Source: Spirogloea muscicola (Eukaryota). From it: a stretch of 43,107 bases of DNA. Within the stretch, counting starts at the first letter, position 1. Each line of letters begins with the position of its first letter. This document shows positions 22,016 through 34,800 of this stretch, piece by piece. Where the stretch lies: the NCBI GenBank assembly GCA_009602725.1, contig WELB01000030.1, positions 24,520 through 67,626 on the forward strand, read 5' to 3'. The position numbers and the translations under genes are program-made. The notes under the pieces are model-generated. The model saw only the letters and a list, made by a program, of their open reading frames with translations, searched no databases and was not told where the DNA came from.

Positions 22016-22420
22016 AGTCTGAGGGAGCCTGAGTGCGAACGACTAGGACTAAGACATCAGCCAGGGAACGCTCAGTAACCTCTAGACAGGAGATGCAGGT
22101 CCGAGAAGCTAGCTGGCGGAAAGACGTCGCCTTTTTCAAACCGCGGGAAAAGCCAGCCCAAAAAAGAAGAAGGGCTCGCCCATTGAGAATATGGGCTGGA
22201 ACAGCCAGCCCAAAAAAGAATGAACAGAGTACAAGAAGAGGGGGGGGGGAAGCCAGGCGAAGCCCTAAGGCGAAGCAGCAGAAATGACAAGCACACAAGA
22301 AAAAACAAAGCAGCTACTAACCACTCAGTAACCCCTGCTAAGCAGGCGCAGGTCGGAGAGGCTATGCTCCAAAAAAGAATGAACCAAGTACGAGAAAAGT
22401 CAGGGGAAGCACTAAAACAA
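22016..22420 (-). mobile_element. cluster of short retrotransposon 3' ends
   Basis: Two LSRGY* termini (stops near 22072 and 22325) and tail motifs at ~22145-22225. Confidence 0.7.
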
Positions 22421-22429
22421 ACAAGGAGG

Positions 22430-23717
22430 TGGGCGCACCTCCGCCTCCGGGCGAATGGGCGGCCTGGGCTGCCGGTCACTTGAATAGACGGGGCAGGCAG
22501 CCTTCGTCGGTTGCTGGCACCAGGTTGCCTCCCTCCTCCCCTTGCGCTTGCCTTGTCTGGCGGGCCCTGCAGCCGAGGTGGAGGAAAGGCTCCTTCGCAT
22601 TCCAAGTGCAATTGAGGAGCATCCGGGAGTCAGCAATCTGCTCCTGCCCCTCCCTGCAAACCCTCCTCACCCCCTTCTCAGCGCTGGCCCAAGCACCGGA
22701 CAAAGCGGCACACGCCAGACTCGTTGCTGCAGTTGAGAACGAGCGTCGCAAGTCGCTGAGGACGATGCCAGATAGCAGGACCAATCAAGTAGTCTGGCAC
22801 GTCTCACATCGCTCGCAACAACTGGGGCAACACACTGGCTCACAACGCACGCCATTCACAACGCATTCAGAATCAGCCCCGAGGCATTCCGGACGCTTCT
22901 CCCGCTGTTCCTCGGCCTACCCACGACCTGCCTGATTGGAGTAACTCAGTGTGAGTGCGGCTTCCGTGCGGAGGGCTGAGACCTTGCCACCCACATGCTG
23001 CGGTGTATTACAGGCCCTGAGGTGGTGGGCGTCCACAACCTCCTACAGGACGCCCTGGCGGGCCTGATGCGCAACGCCGGCTACCGCGCCACTGTGGAAG
23101 TAAACAATGTATTGCCCATTACCACGGCTTCTCAGGGACGCCATCACCGTCGCACCCTGGACATTGTGGGTGTACAACCTGGCGGTGGCCCACGCGCCTT
23201 GGTGGATGTGGTGGTGACGGAGGCATACAAGTGTTCCGCTTCGATGCACACTGCTGGCCACGCAGTGGGAGGTGCTGAGCAGCGACAGCTCCGAAACTAC
23301 TCTGACTACCCCCGCAGCCATCACCTCCTATCGGCGGCAATCGACACATTCGGCTGCATGGGCCCTCGCTTCCACACCTTACTGCAGAATATTGCAAGCT
23401 TGGCTTACGCTCGACGTGGGGATATGCTTCCATCTCAGATGAGCATGCCGGCAGCCTACTTGTCATTCTTGCGTCGTCGAGTGTCAGCTTGTCTGCAGCG
23501 AGCTCAGGCTCATGCATCAGAAAGCTGGTCGAGCCTTAGCTGGTAGCTCAAGAGCTTGTCAATTGCCGTCCGGTATTCGGGCGTCAGTTCGCGACCTCTA
23601 TGTGCTGACTCGTGGTTACTGAGCGGGTCAGCTTAGCAGCAGGTGACGTACTTTTGTCAATGTGCTTGCCTTTGGACGTGACCATACATGGCCCTCCATC
23701 TCTAAACACACACGCAT
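22430..23717 (+). mobile_element. 5'-truncated CRE-like copy (subfamily F)
   Basis: MGGLGCR, QCECG..HMLRC, RRTLDIVG..GGGPRALVDVVVT, AAIDTFG, RRRVSACLQRAQAH, DLYVLTRGY* (~23622). Near-identical inverted segments at 27320-28540. Confidence 0.8.
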
Positions 23718-24049
23718 TTCTGGCGGGCCGGGGCGACGCACACCAGTGGATAGAGTAGAAGCCAGTTCTATGAGCTTCCCCTCTGCTTTTGTCCATTCCT
23801 TTTTCCCGGGCTGATCGATCACAGCCACCGCCCTCCACTGGAAGTGTACCTCTCCTCTTGTTCACTCCTCTGGCATTCGACAGTGTGAATGTGGCCATCG
23901 CTCGGAGGACGAGATCTCGCTGGCAGCTCACACGCTTCGATATTGTGAGGGATGTGAACGTAATGCCTACCACAATCTGAGAGACATTATGTGTGGCTTA
24001 GTGCGAGAGGCAGCTTACCATGCGGCCATGGAGGTGCCGGGCATCATGC

Positions 24050-24200
24050 CAAAATTCTCGTGTATTTGAAACAAAAAAAGGCCAAATGGCCAAGTACAAT
24101 GGCAAGCACAGCTAGATAAGTACATCAACCATAGCAGATTGACCCGCTCAGTAACCACGGGTCAATACATAAAGGTTGTTAATTGATGCCTGAAAGCTGG
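24050..24200 (-). mobile_element. retrotransposon 3' tail (subfamily G)
   Basis: The reverse complement contains ttgacccgtggttactgagcgggtcaatctgc, as at 14883-14915. Confidence 0.65.
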
Positions 24201-24689
24201 TACTCACAGAAGCGCGGCAGACCTTACATCAGGCGTCTAGATGTGGTTGCCAATCCCCCGAGCGGTGGGCCTCGTCTCCTCCTCGACGTCGTTTTGACCA
24301 AAAGGTTGGTGACAACGTGGATATGCGTTTCCCCGCCAAGGTGGTTGACCCCGCACCGATGAGCTTCATGGTCCTGTGATTTCTGAGGAGCCTGGCATAT
24401 GGTAAGTCCTCGTCACGGCGCAACTTGTGGATCACGTGCTCGTCCGCAATAGTCTTACTTGGTGCTTGGTCCCCATGGGTAGTGCGCATAGCAGATTGCA
24501 TGTAAGTGAGCCAGTTACTAGTGCTCCATACTTGCAAGTTTTCATGTTGAATACATCCAATTGAGGTGTCCTGCAACAGCTCAGACTGTTCACACCAACA
24601 GAGCATGACCAGGTGCTTGCATGCCACATTAGAAGCCAATGAGGTAATAACCCCAAACATATGACGTATCCTGCGAGTCCGTCGACTCT

Positions 24690-25215
24690 GCGAACCCCAC
24701 AAAATCGAAGTCGCAGCAGGGCACGCGGTCGGCACGGCGGCCCGTGGCACGGAGCGCAAGTATGCCGATCATCCTGCTGAAGATGAGTCGCGGCACTCGC
24801 GATTGACGTGCACGGGGCATTCGGCAGTTGCTGGCTGGACCTTCTGCAGCGGCGTGCCCGGCAGGCCATCGATCGTCGTCCGGGTCAGCAAGGAAAGCTG
24901 CCCGGCTTCACGCTGCCGGGTCGTCTGCCCAGGTATCCGAATGCGGCTGTCTGTCTCCTTCCAACGCTCCCTGGCTCACGCAGTGCACTTGCTGGCAGGC
25001 CGCGCTATGGCTGCAGCTTGTGGGTCTCGTCGGGGTGCCTCTTCCAGCTGCGACTTACTCCGAGTTGCTGCTGCAAACTCGTGGTTGTAATGCTCCCATC
25101 TGCTGTAGTCTCGTGCATCGCTGTTTGCGGACGCCTTTCGGCTATTCGGACCTTGTCCGTCCATTTTGGGCTGGCCTTTCCCAGCCCCTGCCTTCTTCAG
25201 AAGAGCTACTTCTCT
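24690..25215 (+). mobile_element. decayed CRE-like 3' fragment
   Basis: RKYADHP..DVHGAFG..RMRLSVSFQRSLAHAVHLLAGRAMAAA. Tail ttttgggctggcctttcccagcccc at 25164-25188. Confidence 0.7.
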
Positions 25216-25789
25216 AACCTGCAACGACTATGAAAATACTGCAAAGCACAGTCCTTGCATCTATATGCATATATACCTGGAAGTGATGTACACGTCTAGC
25301 ATGCATCTGGCTTAAAATGTTGGGCACGTAGTCGCTCTGACAATGGTCTCGCGGCCAGGAAGCGTTTCTTGGATTCTTCTTCAGATAAGGTCTCTCAACG
25401 CAATAATGGCTCACAGGACACTTCCAATTGAGACTGGGAGGCTGTCTATTAGTGGATACTCAAGCACGTCAAGAGCCAGGGTGACCTGGTCGAATTTATA
25501 ATCTGGGGTGAGTTGATGGTGGCCCCTTGTTGCTTGCCCTTCTATGACTGCCCACATCTTCCTAACAAACTTTTTGAGATAAATTTGTACAGTGAGTAAA
25601 ATCGAAAGAAGCAGCTGACATTGTCACAGTCAGGTGCTTTATTTATAAGCTACTCTCCAGCTGCTTCAGAATGAGCCTCCACAGCACTGGCTTAACTGGC
25701 AGCTAGCCTTTTTCTCAATATTTATGGGACTATGCTCAGATTTGCTGCCTACATACAACGTCGCGACAAGGTTATGCACATTAAGAGTC

Positions 25790-26300
25790 TGTGCCGTGCT
25801 ATTACTGAGGCCAGTCCCAGCTGGACATATGCACATTACCCTCTAGGTCTGGCTCCCTGTCACGTGAGTGCTGTAATGGATAGGAGGAAAGTGTGTGTTG
25901 TATTCACTCTTGGCCACCATACCCCATCGACACAATTATGCTGCAATTGTCGTATGTGTAGTGTCAAATGCAGGCAGCCGCATTGTGTCCATGTTGGCCC
26001 AGTGTGTACAGTCAGTCACGTTCTTCCTTGAGAAGGCCATGCATATCGCATTGATCTGCTCTACAGGCACGTCCTCCTCCATGGCCACCCTCCAAATGAC
26101 GTTATTTCGCCACTGCTTAACGAAGCAATCAGGAAGCCCTTCGAAGTTGCGTAATCGATCTGGGTATATTGAATAGGAAAAAGCCTGTGGATATCAGCAA
26201 CTCAATCACAGGGCTGACTTTTGCATGCTCTCTTGGAAAGAAGCATGCGTCGTTGTGCCTGTATGTAATGAGGAGATTATTTGTCACTCCTTAATCTAGT
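25790..26300 (-). pseudogene. TBL/PC-esterase paralog remnant (last exon plus part of last intron)
   Basis: The reverse complement reads QWRNNVIWRVAMEEDVPVEQI..VTDCTHWANMDT..LPAFDT, homologous to 34438-34770 and 41549-41880. Frameshifted and truncated upstream by the nad7 fragment. Confidence 0.72.
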
Positions 26301-26308
26301 CATAAATC

Positions 26309-26612
26309 TTTGATCGTTCACACTATATTTCTTTGATGGCACAAAAACATGCTGATTCTTCGGCAGAAACTACAACCTTTGTAAGTGGGAAGTACCTTTG
26401 CGTGCTCAATATATACGCGTTGTTTTTTGCGACTTAACCAGAACATGGAACATTTACTAGCTCTTACCACGCATGCTATGGATGTAGGTGCATTAAGACG
26501 ATGCCTGTGGGCTTTTGAAGAACGAGAAAAGCTCTTGGATTTTCATGAGCGAGTCTCAGGAGCAAGAATGCATGCTTGTGACAAACGTGCAGGAGTAGCT
26601 CAAGATATGCCT
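26309..26612 (+). pseudogene. nad7: mitochondrial nad7 fragment (NUMT)
   Basis: AT-rich island reading FDRSHYISLMAQKHADSSA..VPLRAQYIRVVF / HLLALTTHAMDVGAL..WAFEEREKLLDFHERVSGARMHA..GVAQDMP, a clear match to the complex I 49-kDa subunit. Has frameshifts and no start or stop. Confidence 0.9.
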
Positions 26613-26796
26613 TCAGGTTGAAGTGGAGATATACTTCTCTGCATCCAGCACTTTGTGTTCGAGAAGAGGCATGAACAAGATTGCCGGCAGGACCAGGTGA
26701 CAGACCGTGCCTAACGCAACCGTGGTGCAGGATGACAGAGAGAAATGTTTGCCTCGGTAGCATTTGTATGGAAATCTCACGGGTGAGGGTGTATAC

Positions 26797-26954
26797 CGCT
26801 CTTGCTGGCGGGAATGCCCTCGGCCGAGGGCCTCAGGCGCACTTTGCGTTCATAGATTCGATGATTCACGGAATTCTGCAATTCACACTACGTATCGCAT
26901 TCCGCTGCGTTTTTCATCATTGCAAGAGCCAAGACATCCGTTGTTGAGAGTTGT
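26797..26954 (-). rRNA. 5.8S rRNA pseudogene (orphan), probably with flanking ITS1/ITS2
   Basis: Reverse complement: ACAACTCTCAACAACGGATGTCTTGGCTC..TGATGAAAAACGCAGCGGAATGCGATACGTAGTGTGAATTGCAGAATTCCGTGAATCATCGAATCTATGAACGC. The conserved motifs GATGAAGAACG and TTTGAACGC are mutated, and no 18S or 28S body is present. Confidence 0.9.
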
Positions 26955-27246
26955 CCTGGGGTTCCATGCTAAAGTAGTGCTGCGGCATGGTGTTGCAAAA
27001 GAATTCCACATGATTTGTCTTCTTGTTGAGTCTGGCAATTCACTCAGCGGCGACATACATGTCATGTCGCTGCCGCTTCACCTGCTTATTGTTGTAGTGC
27101 AAATCAAGGTTGAGAATGACCTGCAGTGAAAGTCGTTTCCACGAACGCCTCAGCCTGTGCCAGAGGGGGTGGCGGGTCGACTCGACATAGAGCCTTGGCA
27201 ACCAGAGTCAGCTCACAAGCCAGCGCTTGGGAGGTGACAAGAGTCA

Positions 27247-28540
27247 AAAGGTAGTCGGGAAACAGCTCTCTTTGTAGGGCGCGATGGCTGTGAAAGGCCA
27301 GCCCACCACTTTAGGGCTAGTGGAAGATTGCAGCATATGCATAGCGAGGGATTTGCCTTTCGTACGAAAGCCGCACCCACAGTAACAGACTCCGATCAGG
27401 CAGTGTGAGGGGCAGGCCAAGACACGTAGGAGGAGCGTTGGATAGGCCTCGGGGCTGTTCTTGAAGGCCTTGTGGATGACATGGGTAGTGAACCAGTCAG
27501 TGGCCCCAGGTGTTGCAAGAGAATTGAGTCGTCCCAGACTCCTTGAGTAATTTCTAACTTCAGGCATCCTCCTCAGCGCCTTGTGACGCTCATCTTCGAC
27601 TGCAGCAATGATTTTAGCCTGTGACCTTTGTCCGGTTCTTGGGCAAGCCCTTAAAAGGGAGTGAGGAGAGGTTGCAAGGAGGAGAAGGAGCAGGTTGCTG
27701 ACGGATTGCGGATGCTCCTCAGTTGCGCTTGAGTTGGGAAGGATTCTTCCTCCACCTCGGCTGCAGGGCCAGCCAAACAAGGGAAGCGTAAGGGAAACCG
27801 GAGGGCAACCTGGTGCCAGCAACCCAAGAAGGCTGCCTGCGCCGTTCATTTTATTTACCGGCAGCCCAGGCCGCCCATTCGTGTGGGAAGAAAACGTGTG
27901 TATTAAGAGATGGAGGGCCATGTGTGGCCAAGTACAAAAGCAAGCACATTGACAAATGTACGTCACCTGCTGCTAAGCTGACCCGCTCAGTAACCACGAG
28001 TCAGCACATAGAGGTCGCGAACTGACGCCCGAAAACCGGACGGCAATTGACAAGCTCCTGAGCTACCAGCTAAGGCTCAACCAGCTTTCTGATGCAACGC
28101 ATGAGCCTGAGCTCGCTGCAGACAAGCTGACATTCGACGACGCAAGAATGACAAGTAGGCTGCCGGCATGCTCATCTGAGCTGGAAGCATATCCCCACGT
28201 CGAGCGTAAGCCAAGCTTGCAATATTCTGCAGTAAGGTGTGGAAGCGAGGGCCCATGCAGCCAGAAGTGTCGGTTGCCGCCGGTAGGAGGTGATCGCTGC
28301 GGGGGTAGTCAGAGTAGTGCCGGAGCTTTCTCTGCTCAGCACCTCCCACTGCGTGGCCAGCAGTGTGCATCGAAGCGGAACTCTTGTATGCCTCCGTCAC
28401 CACCACATCCACCAAGGCGCGTGGGCCACCGCCAGGTTGACCACCCACAATGTCCAGGGTGCGACTGTGATGGCGTCCCTGGGAATTCTTGGTAATGGGC
28501 ATTACTTTGCTTATTTCCACAATGGCGCGGTAGCCGGCTG
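27247..28540 (-). mobile_element. two subfamily F fragments head-to-tail plus a further tail
   Basis: 28540-27890 (rc) matches 23080-23717, and 27880-27320 (rc) matches ~22450-23000. Hairpin tail gggctggcctttcacagcc at ~27288-27306. Confidence 0.78.
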
Positions 28541-29269
28541 GAGGATGGCCAGCGCCAGCTACGAATCTCCGAGGTGAGGAAGGGAAAGGGAAGGGATGCC
28601 TGCCAGGAGGGGAGGGGGGGTAAGGCGCCAGGAGGATGAAGGTGAGGGGAAGGATGGGTGTTGTAGCAGGGAGCCAGGGTTTGCAGGTTCCCAGCCACCA
28701 GTCAATCTGGCCGCGCTTGCTTTTGCAGGAGGGAGGTGCCTTGTATAGCTCGCCCACCATGTCCGTTGGGGCGTATGTCCGCTGCAGGTAGCCAGCCGTT
28801 GGCTGATGCAGCGAGTGAAGATTGTGAACGCCAACTGCCAATCTCCATGGAGAGGGAGGAAAGGGGGGCCATTTTGTTGCTGCAGTCGTTCACTCAGATT
28901 CTCCACTTAATAATGTGCCGGGGGACTACTGGAGGTGTTCGGAAAAAAGTAAGCTCATCCGAATGGGCGGGAGAAGTGGCTCTGCCGAAAGGGGTAAGGG
29001 CTGTGAAAAGCCAGCCCGAAAAATTCTGACCAGGTCCTAGGTCCCAGGCGGCGAGTGAGTCCGCCACCGGCCACAAGAAAGACTCCCCAGAAAGGAACAT
29101 CCCTTCTTCAAAGGTCAGCCCAAAAAAGTGGACAAGGTCCAAGACGAGAAACTCCGCCGGGGCCGGAAACGAAGGCGAGGATCTCTCAAAACGGCCGATG
29201 TTCTGGGAAAAGGCCAGCCTATCAAGAGTCCGTTGTCACCACGTCCAAGATAAGGTGCTTCCCGCTAGC

Positions 29270-30640
29270 AGAAGTGGCACCCAATGGGGGCAAGGGGCTG
29301 CGAAAAGCCAGCCCAGAAAGAATTGCGAGAGGTTCGGAGGGGCCTACAAGCGTTTAGCAGCTACAAAGGGGCCTGATGGTGCTATGTCAGAACAGGGGGA
29401 GGATGGATCACTCACTTACGAGTGAGGAGCCTCAGATCCGACAGACTAGCTGCCGGAAGACTATCCCACTGACGAAAGCCGGAGGCCGCAGCGAGAGCAC
29501 GGCCAGCACGCAGATGCAGAGCGTGAGCCATGGACCGCTGAAGGGATACTGACAATTTCACACGATGCACTTGAGCCCACGAGCCAGCGGCGTTGAAGTC
29601 AGCCGGCTCACCGCGCCTGCGGGACACAGCGCGCCGCGCAAGCCTGGCCAGCAGGTCGAGCCACCGGGACCCGAGAGCCCCGTGCACGTCCACGGCCAGG
29701 GGAACGAACGCATCTGCAGCCGGGTGGTCGGCGTGTTTGGCCGCCTTGCTGCGAGCGGCCTTCGCCGCAGCATGGCCAGCCCGCGAGGCAGAGAGCCCCG
29801 GGTTGGAGCCGTCGACCACATCAGTGGTGATCACGTCAGCGATGATGCGCGCGCCGCCGCCCGGCGTGGACGCCACCAAGTCGACACGGCGCGTGGGGAG
29901 TCCGTCGGCCCTCGGGAGGATTGGCATGACGGAAGAGTTCTTCATCGCCACCGTGAGCCGGCCTCCTGAAAGATGCCAAACATCGCATCGCGCAAGAGAT
30001 CGTGAGCCGCTGTACGTTCGCCTCCAGTGGCGCAGCGGAGGAGATGTGCCGCCAGCTCCGCCGGGTCCGTCGACAGAACCCCACATCCACACTGCAGCAC
30101 GCCCAGCAGGCAGGGCGGGGGGAGGCCCATCTGACGGTGGGTGGCCGTACGGAACAGCTCATCCGGCATCCTACGGGCGTCGTAAAGGGGGAGCGCGGAG
30201 AGCCAGGCTGCCGCGCCGGGGGAGGAGGCCGACAGCAGCCGAGCATGGCCGCGCACGTCGGTTGCAGGGAGGAGCTGCAGCGTGGCCGTGAAGGACGCCT
30301 TGTCGACTGCCGCCATGTAGCGCGCCTGCGCTTACGAGTCGGTGGTGTGGGCGAGGTAGGCAAACGGGACCACGCTCTCTGCAAGGGCAGGGTGCTCCGC
30401 AAGTAACCCGTCCTGAGCTGAGCGGAGCGCCACCTGAAAAGGCAACGAGCCGGTCGCCATCTCCACCACAACCTGCTGCAACAGGGGCCGCCCATCATGG
30501 AGGAAGCGCTGCGCCATCGACGTGGCGACCTGGGCCCAGCTGCCAAGGAACGCTGGCCTGCAGACGCGCGCGAGCGAGCGGCAGCCGAGGCCACTCTGGC
30601 CAGGGGGCAGAGTGGCCTGGCCAACCAGTGGAGTGGCCAC
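29270..30640 (-). mobile_element. ~1.4-kb 5'-truncated CRE-like copy (subfamily B)
   Basis: QSGLGCR..AFLGSWA, GHARLLSASSPGAAAWLSALP, LQCGCG..HLLRCATGGERTAAHD, RRVDL..IIADVIT, SLSDLRLLTRK* (29412). B tail at 29270-29325. Confidence 0.82.
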
Positions 30641-31079
30641 AAAAGGTCGACGCGGCGGGCTAACAAAGCTTGGAGAAGATGCGAAGGGGCCAGAGATTCA
30701 AGTAAGCTCGTCCAACGGGGGCGAGGGTAGTGAAACACCGAAAGTATCTGGCGAGTTCCGAAGGAGCCGGGGAAATGGGCCAGGACCACTCAGCTACTCA
30801 CCTGGACCACTACGGATGTGTGCTCAATAGCCGCCAGTACCTCCAGGTCGCTGATGACCTGCGCTTTTGTGACGTGAGCCGTTCGATGGCACGCACGCAT
30901 CGGACGGCCGGGCTGCGGAGGCCCACGGCGGCCCCCATCTGGCGGGACTGGCCGCAAGTCCGAGCACGAAATCGGGGCCACAAGTGCCGGCCCACCCAAG
31001 TCAGCCTCGGGGCTCGGGGGCCCGTCTCCAGCCGCTGGCGCCTGGGAGAAGGGCCGCCTCGTCCGGCCTTCAGCATTCC

Positions 31080-31285
31080 TCTGGCCAGGGGACCCACCTC
31101 CAGGAGCCTAGCATCTCTGACCTGCGACTGCTTAGCAGGGAATACTGGGTGATTCGTAGCTGCTTTGTTTCTTTTTGAGCTCGTCTTTCTTAGTGCTTCC
31201 CCTGGCCCCCTTCTTGTACTCCGTTCATTCTTTTTTGGGCTGGCTGTTCCAGACCCAATCCTCAATGGGCGAGCCCTTTCTTCTG
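31080..31285 (+). mobile_element. subfamily A 3' end
   Basis: GQGTHLQEPSISDLRLLSREY (stop mutated) plus an A-type tail. Confidence 0.75.
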
Positions 31286-31804
31286 GGTTCTCTGGCCACA
31301 TTCTTCTGGTGTGCCCGTGGATACTGATTGGAGGTTCAATGAGCGTCAGCTCGCAAAACCACACAGAGCAGTTTCGTGTTCTTTCACTTCCCGGTCTTTT
31401 CGGACGTCAGAAGAACTGAGCTCTGCCAACGGGGCAGGGGCTGGTAAAGGGCGGCCCAGGAGGCACGGACAAGGTCCGTGGGGCCCAAAGGCGCCAGACC
31501 ATTGTGGTCTCAAGTTGTGATCTTTATATATAGCTGTGGGGTTTTGGCGCCTTCCGACCTTGTAGGGTCCATCTTCTCGGCAGCGAGGAGGTGGCTCTCC
31601 CAATAAGGGCAAGGGTGGCGCCGCGGCGGGCGGCGGCGGGCACGCGCCGGGCGGCGGCGGGCNAAGAAGAAAGTGCTCGCCCATAGAGAGAGGGGCTGGC
31701 AAAAGAATGGACAATGTCCGCAGGCCTCAAAGGCCAGAAGAAGGGCTCGCCCATTGAGGATATGGGCTGGGAGGCACGCCTTTTGCCCCCCCCCACCAGG
31801 CGCA

Positions 31805-34800
31805 CGTGGGCCGCCGACGCCCGGCCGGCCCCACGCACCGTTGCACCGGGATCCCGGGGGGGGCCCCGCCGCACTGAGTGAGACAATTGGCTCTCCCCAC
31901 TGGGCCCCACTCCCGCCGCTCCCCTTCTCCGCTCCTCGCCATTTCTCGCGCCGCCTGCCCGGCCAGCCCCGGGCCCGGCCCCCCGGCCGGGCCGCTAAGC
32001 GGCCCTGAGCACCCCCCCGGCCGCAGCCGCCGGCCACCATGGCAGCGGCGGCGGCGCCCGGCGCCTCCGCGCGGCGGCTCGCCGTCGCGCTCCTGGCCTT
32101 CGCGCTCTCCTGGGCCTCCTGCGACGTCTCTGGCGGCCCGCCCCCAAGCTCGCAGCTCCGGTGGCCCCCATGCCGGTCACCTCCACGCTCCATGGCGGCA
32201 ATGGCGGCCGTGGCGCGCTGCCTGCCGCCCCGCAGCCTCTGCGGACACACCACCCGAGGCCGGCATCCGCCGCCGCTCCTGCGCCCGGCGCGGCTTGTCC
32301 TTGCCCTCCTTAACCGCGCCGCCGCCGCCGCTGCCGCCCGCCTTCTGGCACCGGCAGGCCGCCCACTGGGTGCCGTGACCGTGAGCCCTGCCCGTCGTCG
32401 ACCGATCATGGCCTCCTTTCGGCGGCGACAGTGGAAACGGCGGCGGCGACTCGCTGAAGCAGATGAAGGAGGCGGTGGCAGCGCGCCGAGGGCCTACCGG
32501 TGGGTGAATGCGACCATTACTAAACGGAGCAAGCTCTGCAACTATGGAAACTTCGCGCGGCGGCACACTGAGTGGCGGTACATCCACACAGACGGCTCGC
32601 GGACCTTCAATGCCATCGACCTGGCCCTCGTGAGAGCCGAGCGGATCCTTGCCTCAGCCACCACGGCCAGGACCCATCGCAACATGCGCGTCAGCCTCCC
32701 TGCCTGATCCAGGGCCACCTCAGTCACCTGTTTGACGCGCACTTTGTTGCTTCGCACAGCTCCACCGCTCATTGACGAACCTCTGCTGCGCCGCGACTGG
32801 CGTGACAGCTGCTAAGAGGCAAGAAGGTTGCGTTCGTTGGCGATTCACTCACTGGCCAGCTCGTGGCGAACTTCATATCGTCACTGCAGAAGAACGGCTA
32901 CAAGGACGTGGTCGGCTGCGGCACAAAAGTGTGGGCTCCTTCAACTTGCACTGCGGGCAACCTGGCTTGCATGGATCCTTCGAGGAACTTCGAACCCCTA
33001 GCTGAGCGCCTGATATCTGCAGCCGTGAGGCTACACCTTGGCATCATTGCGAGCAGGGTCAAGGAGCACCGCTGAACACCTCCTAGAGAATAAGCCTGAG
33101 CCCAGCTGTCTCGCTGCTTCCAAGGTGTGGCAGCTCGTTCAGGCCTGCAAGTGAATTGACTTTGCCTCATTGTTCCTGGAGTGAAGCTGGTTCTACGACG
33201 TGAATCCAGATGACACCATGGAGCAGATGCTGGCCAAGTCCTCCAATGTCCTGGACCCCGTCAAGAAGCCCTCCTCACTCAGGGAGGAGACAGTGCTCGG
33301 CGGGCCTTTTTAGAATGCCACCTGGACCTGTTGGCGAGTTACTGCACCTTTTATGTCTCTTTCCTGCACATGCAGTCACTGAGGCCAGACTCCCGTTACA
33401 TCTGCGTCTCTGAGCTGCATCTCACCACTGGCTGCAAGAAAACTGCTCTCATGTTGCGAAGCTGGCATGTGCTGCCAAGGGAAGGCAATGCATCGACTGC
33501 TGAGAGCCTCGCTGAGTGCACAGCTTGCAGATATTCTGTTCATCTGCAGCATGGGCAACAGTTCAACTCTGCCGCAGACAGTCTCTGTTCATGTCAGTCT
33601 TAACTGTGTCCTTCTCTGCACAGCAATGTCAGCATCAAGCTTGAAGTACTCATCACTTTACCAACTTGACCATTTGCAGCCTTCCATATGCTTCCCAGCA
33701 TTTATAAGTGGCCTGGCATGAACACAGTCCCAGCCCAGCTCGAGTACATTGCCCAGAAGTCTGACGTGGTGAGCACCAGGTATGAGCTTCTGCGACACTT
33801 GCCATTGTCTCGACTTGCAATAATGTGCTTTGAACAAGTTTGTATGAGAGGCACCAAGATTGAGCTTCTGCAACTTGCCGCTGACGCCCTTTAGTATAAG
33901 CAGTTGTAGAAGCAATCCAAGACAAAGTAGAGAAGTCCAAGCCTTCACTCCAAGCGTGTGTTTGACGGCCACAGGAGCTTCTATCTTGCTGCAGGTTAAA
34001 CTCAATATTGGACTGCACTACCAAAAGTGGCAGGTAAAGGGCCTCCGGCACGATATGCATGTAGCAGCCGAGTACCTTGCGCGTTACAACACAAAGAAGA
34101 ACCGCGTGGGGCTTTTTCGCGAGACCTTGCCGCAACACTTTTTCAGCCTCAGTGGCAGTGGCATCTTCCCTTTTCCATACAAATTCCCAGAGAATGCCAC
34201 CAAGGCAGACCTTGCAACCTGCCACCCTGCACCTCGAGTGCATCAGGCAAGTTTTGCTCTCTCTCCCTGCCAATGCGTGACAGCTCGGCCACGCAATTGC
34301 ATGACATAAGAGCAACACTGCAAAGAGAGGCAAGATCCAAGCAATGTGTGATGGAGTGCTGACATGCAGCTCTACCATGATGACAGCAGTGTCAGTTTAT
34401 GCTGACCAAATGAGTCACTTCTTGTGTGATCTCTGAGCAGTGGCGAAATGATGTCATGTGGGAGGTGGCCATTGAGAAGCAGGTACCAGTGCAGCAGATC
34501 TTCCATCAGATGGACATGCACGGCTTTCACGGGATAAATCCTAGAGCTACTGACTGTACGCACTGGGCCAACCTGGACATAACGTGGCTGCCTGCATTCG
34601 ATACCACATACACCGCCATAGCGGCAGGAATGTGCCGGTGGCAGATGCTGGCCAAGAGCGATTGTGACAACCACTTCCCTGCCGTCCATTACAGCACAGT
34701 GCGACACCGAGAGCCAGACCTTGAGGGTGCTGTGCACATGTCCAGCTGGGATTGGCCGCGTCAAGAGTAATAGCACAGGTTAGCTGGGTGGAAGCCCACT

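Noticed and set aside
26309..26365. Ser codons (TCA, TCG) in nad7 where Leu is typical, suggesting an unedited land-plant source
   Set aside because: The fragment carries many other substitutions and frameshifts, so these changes cannot be separated from neutral decay.
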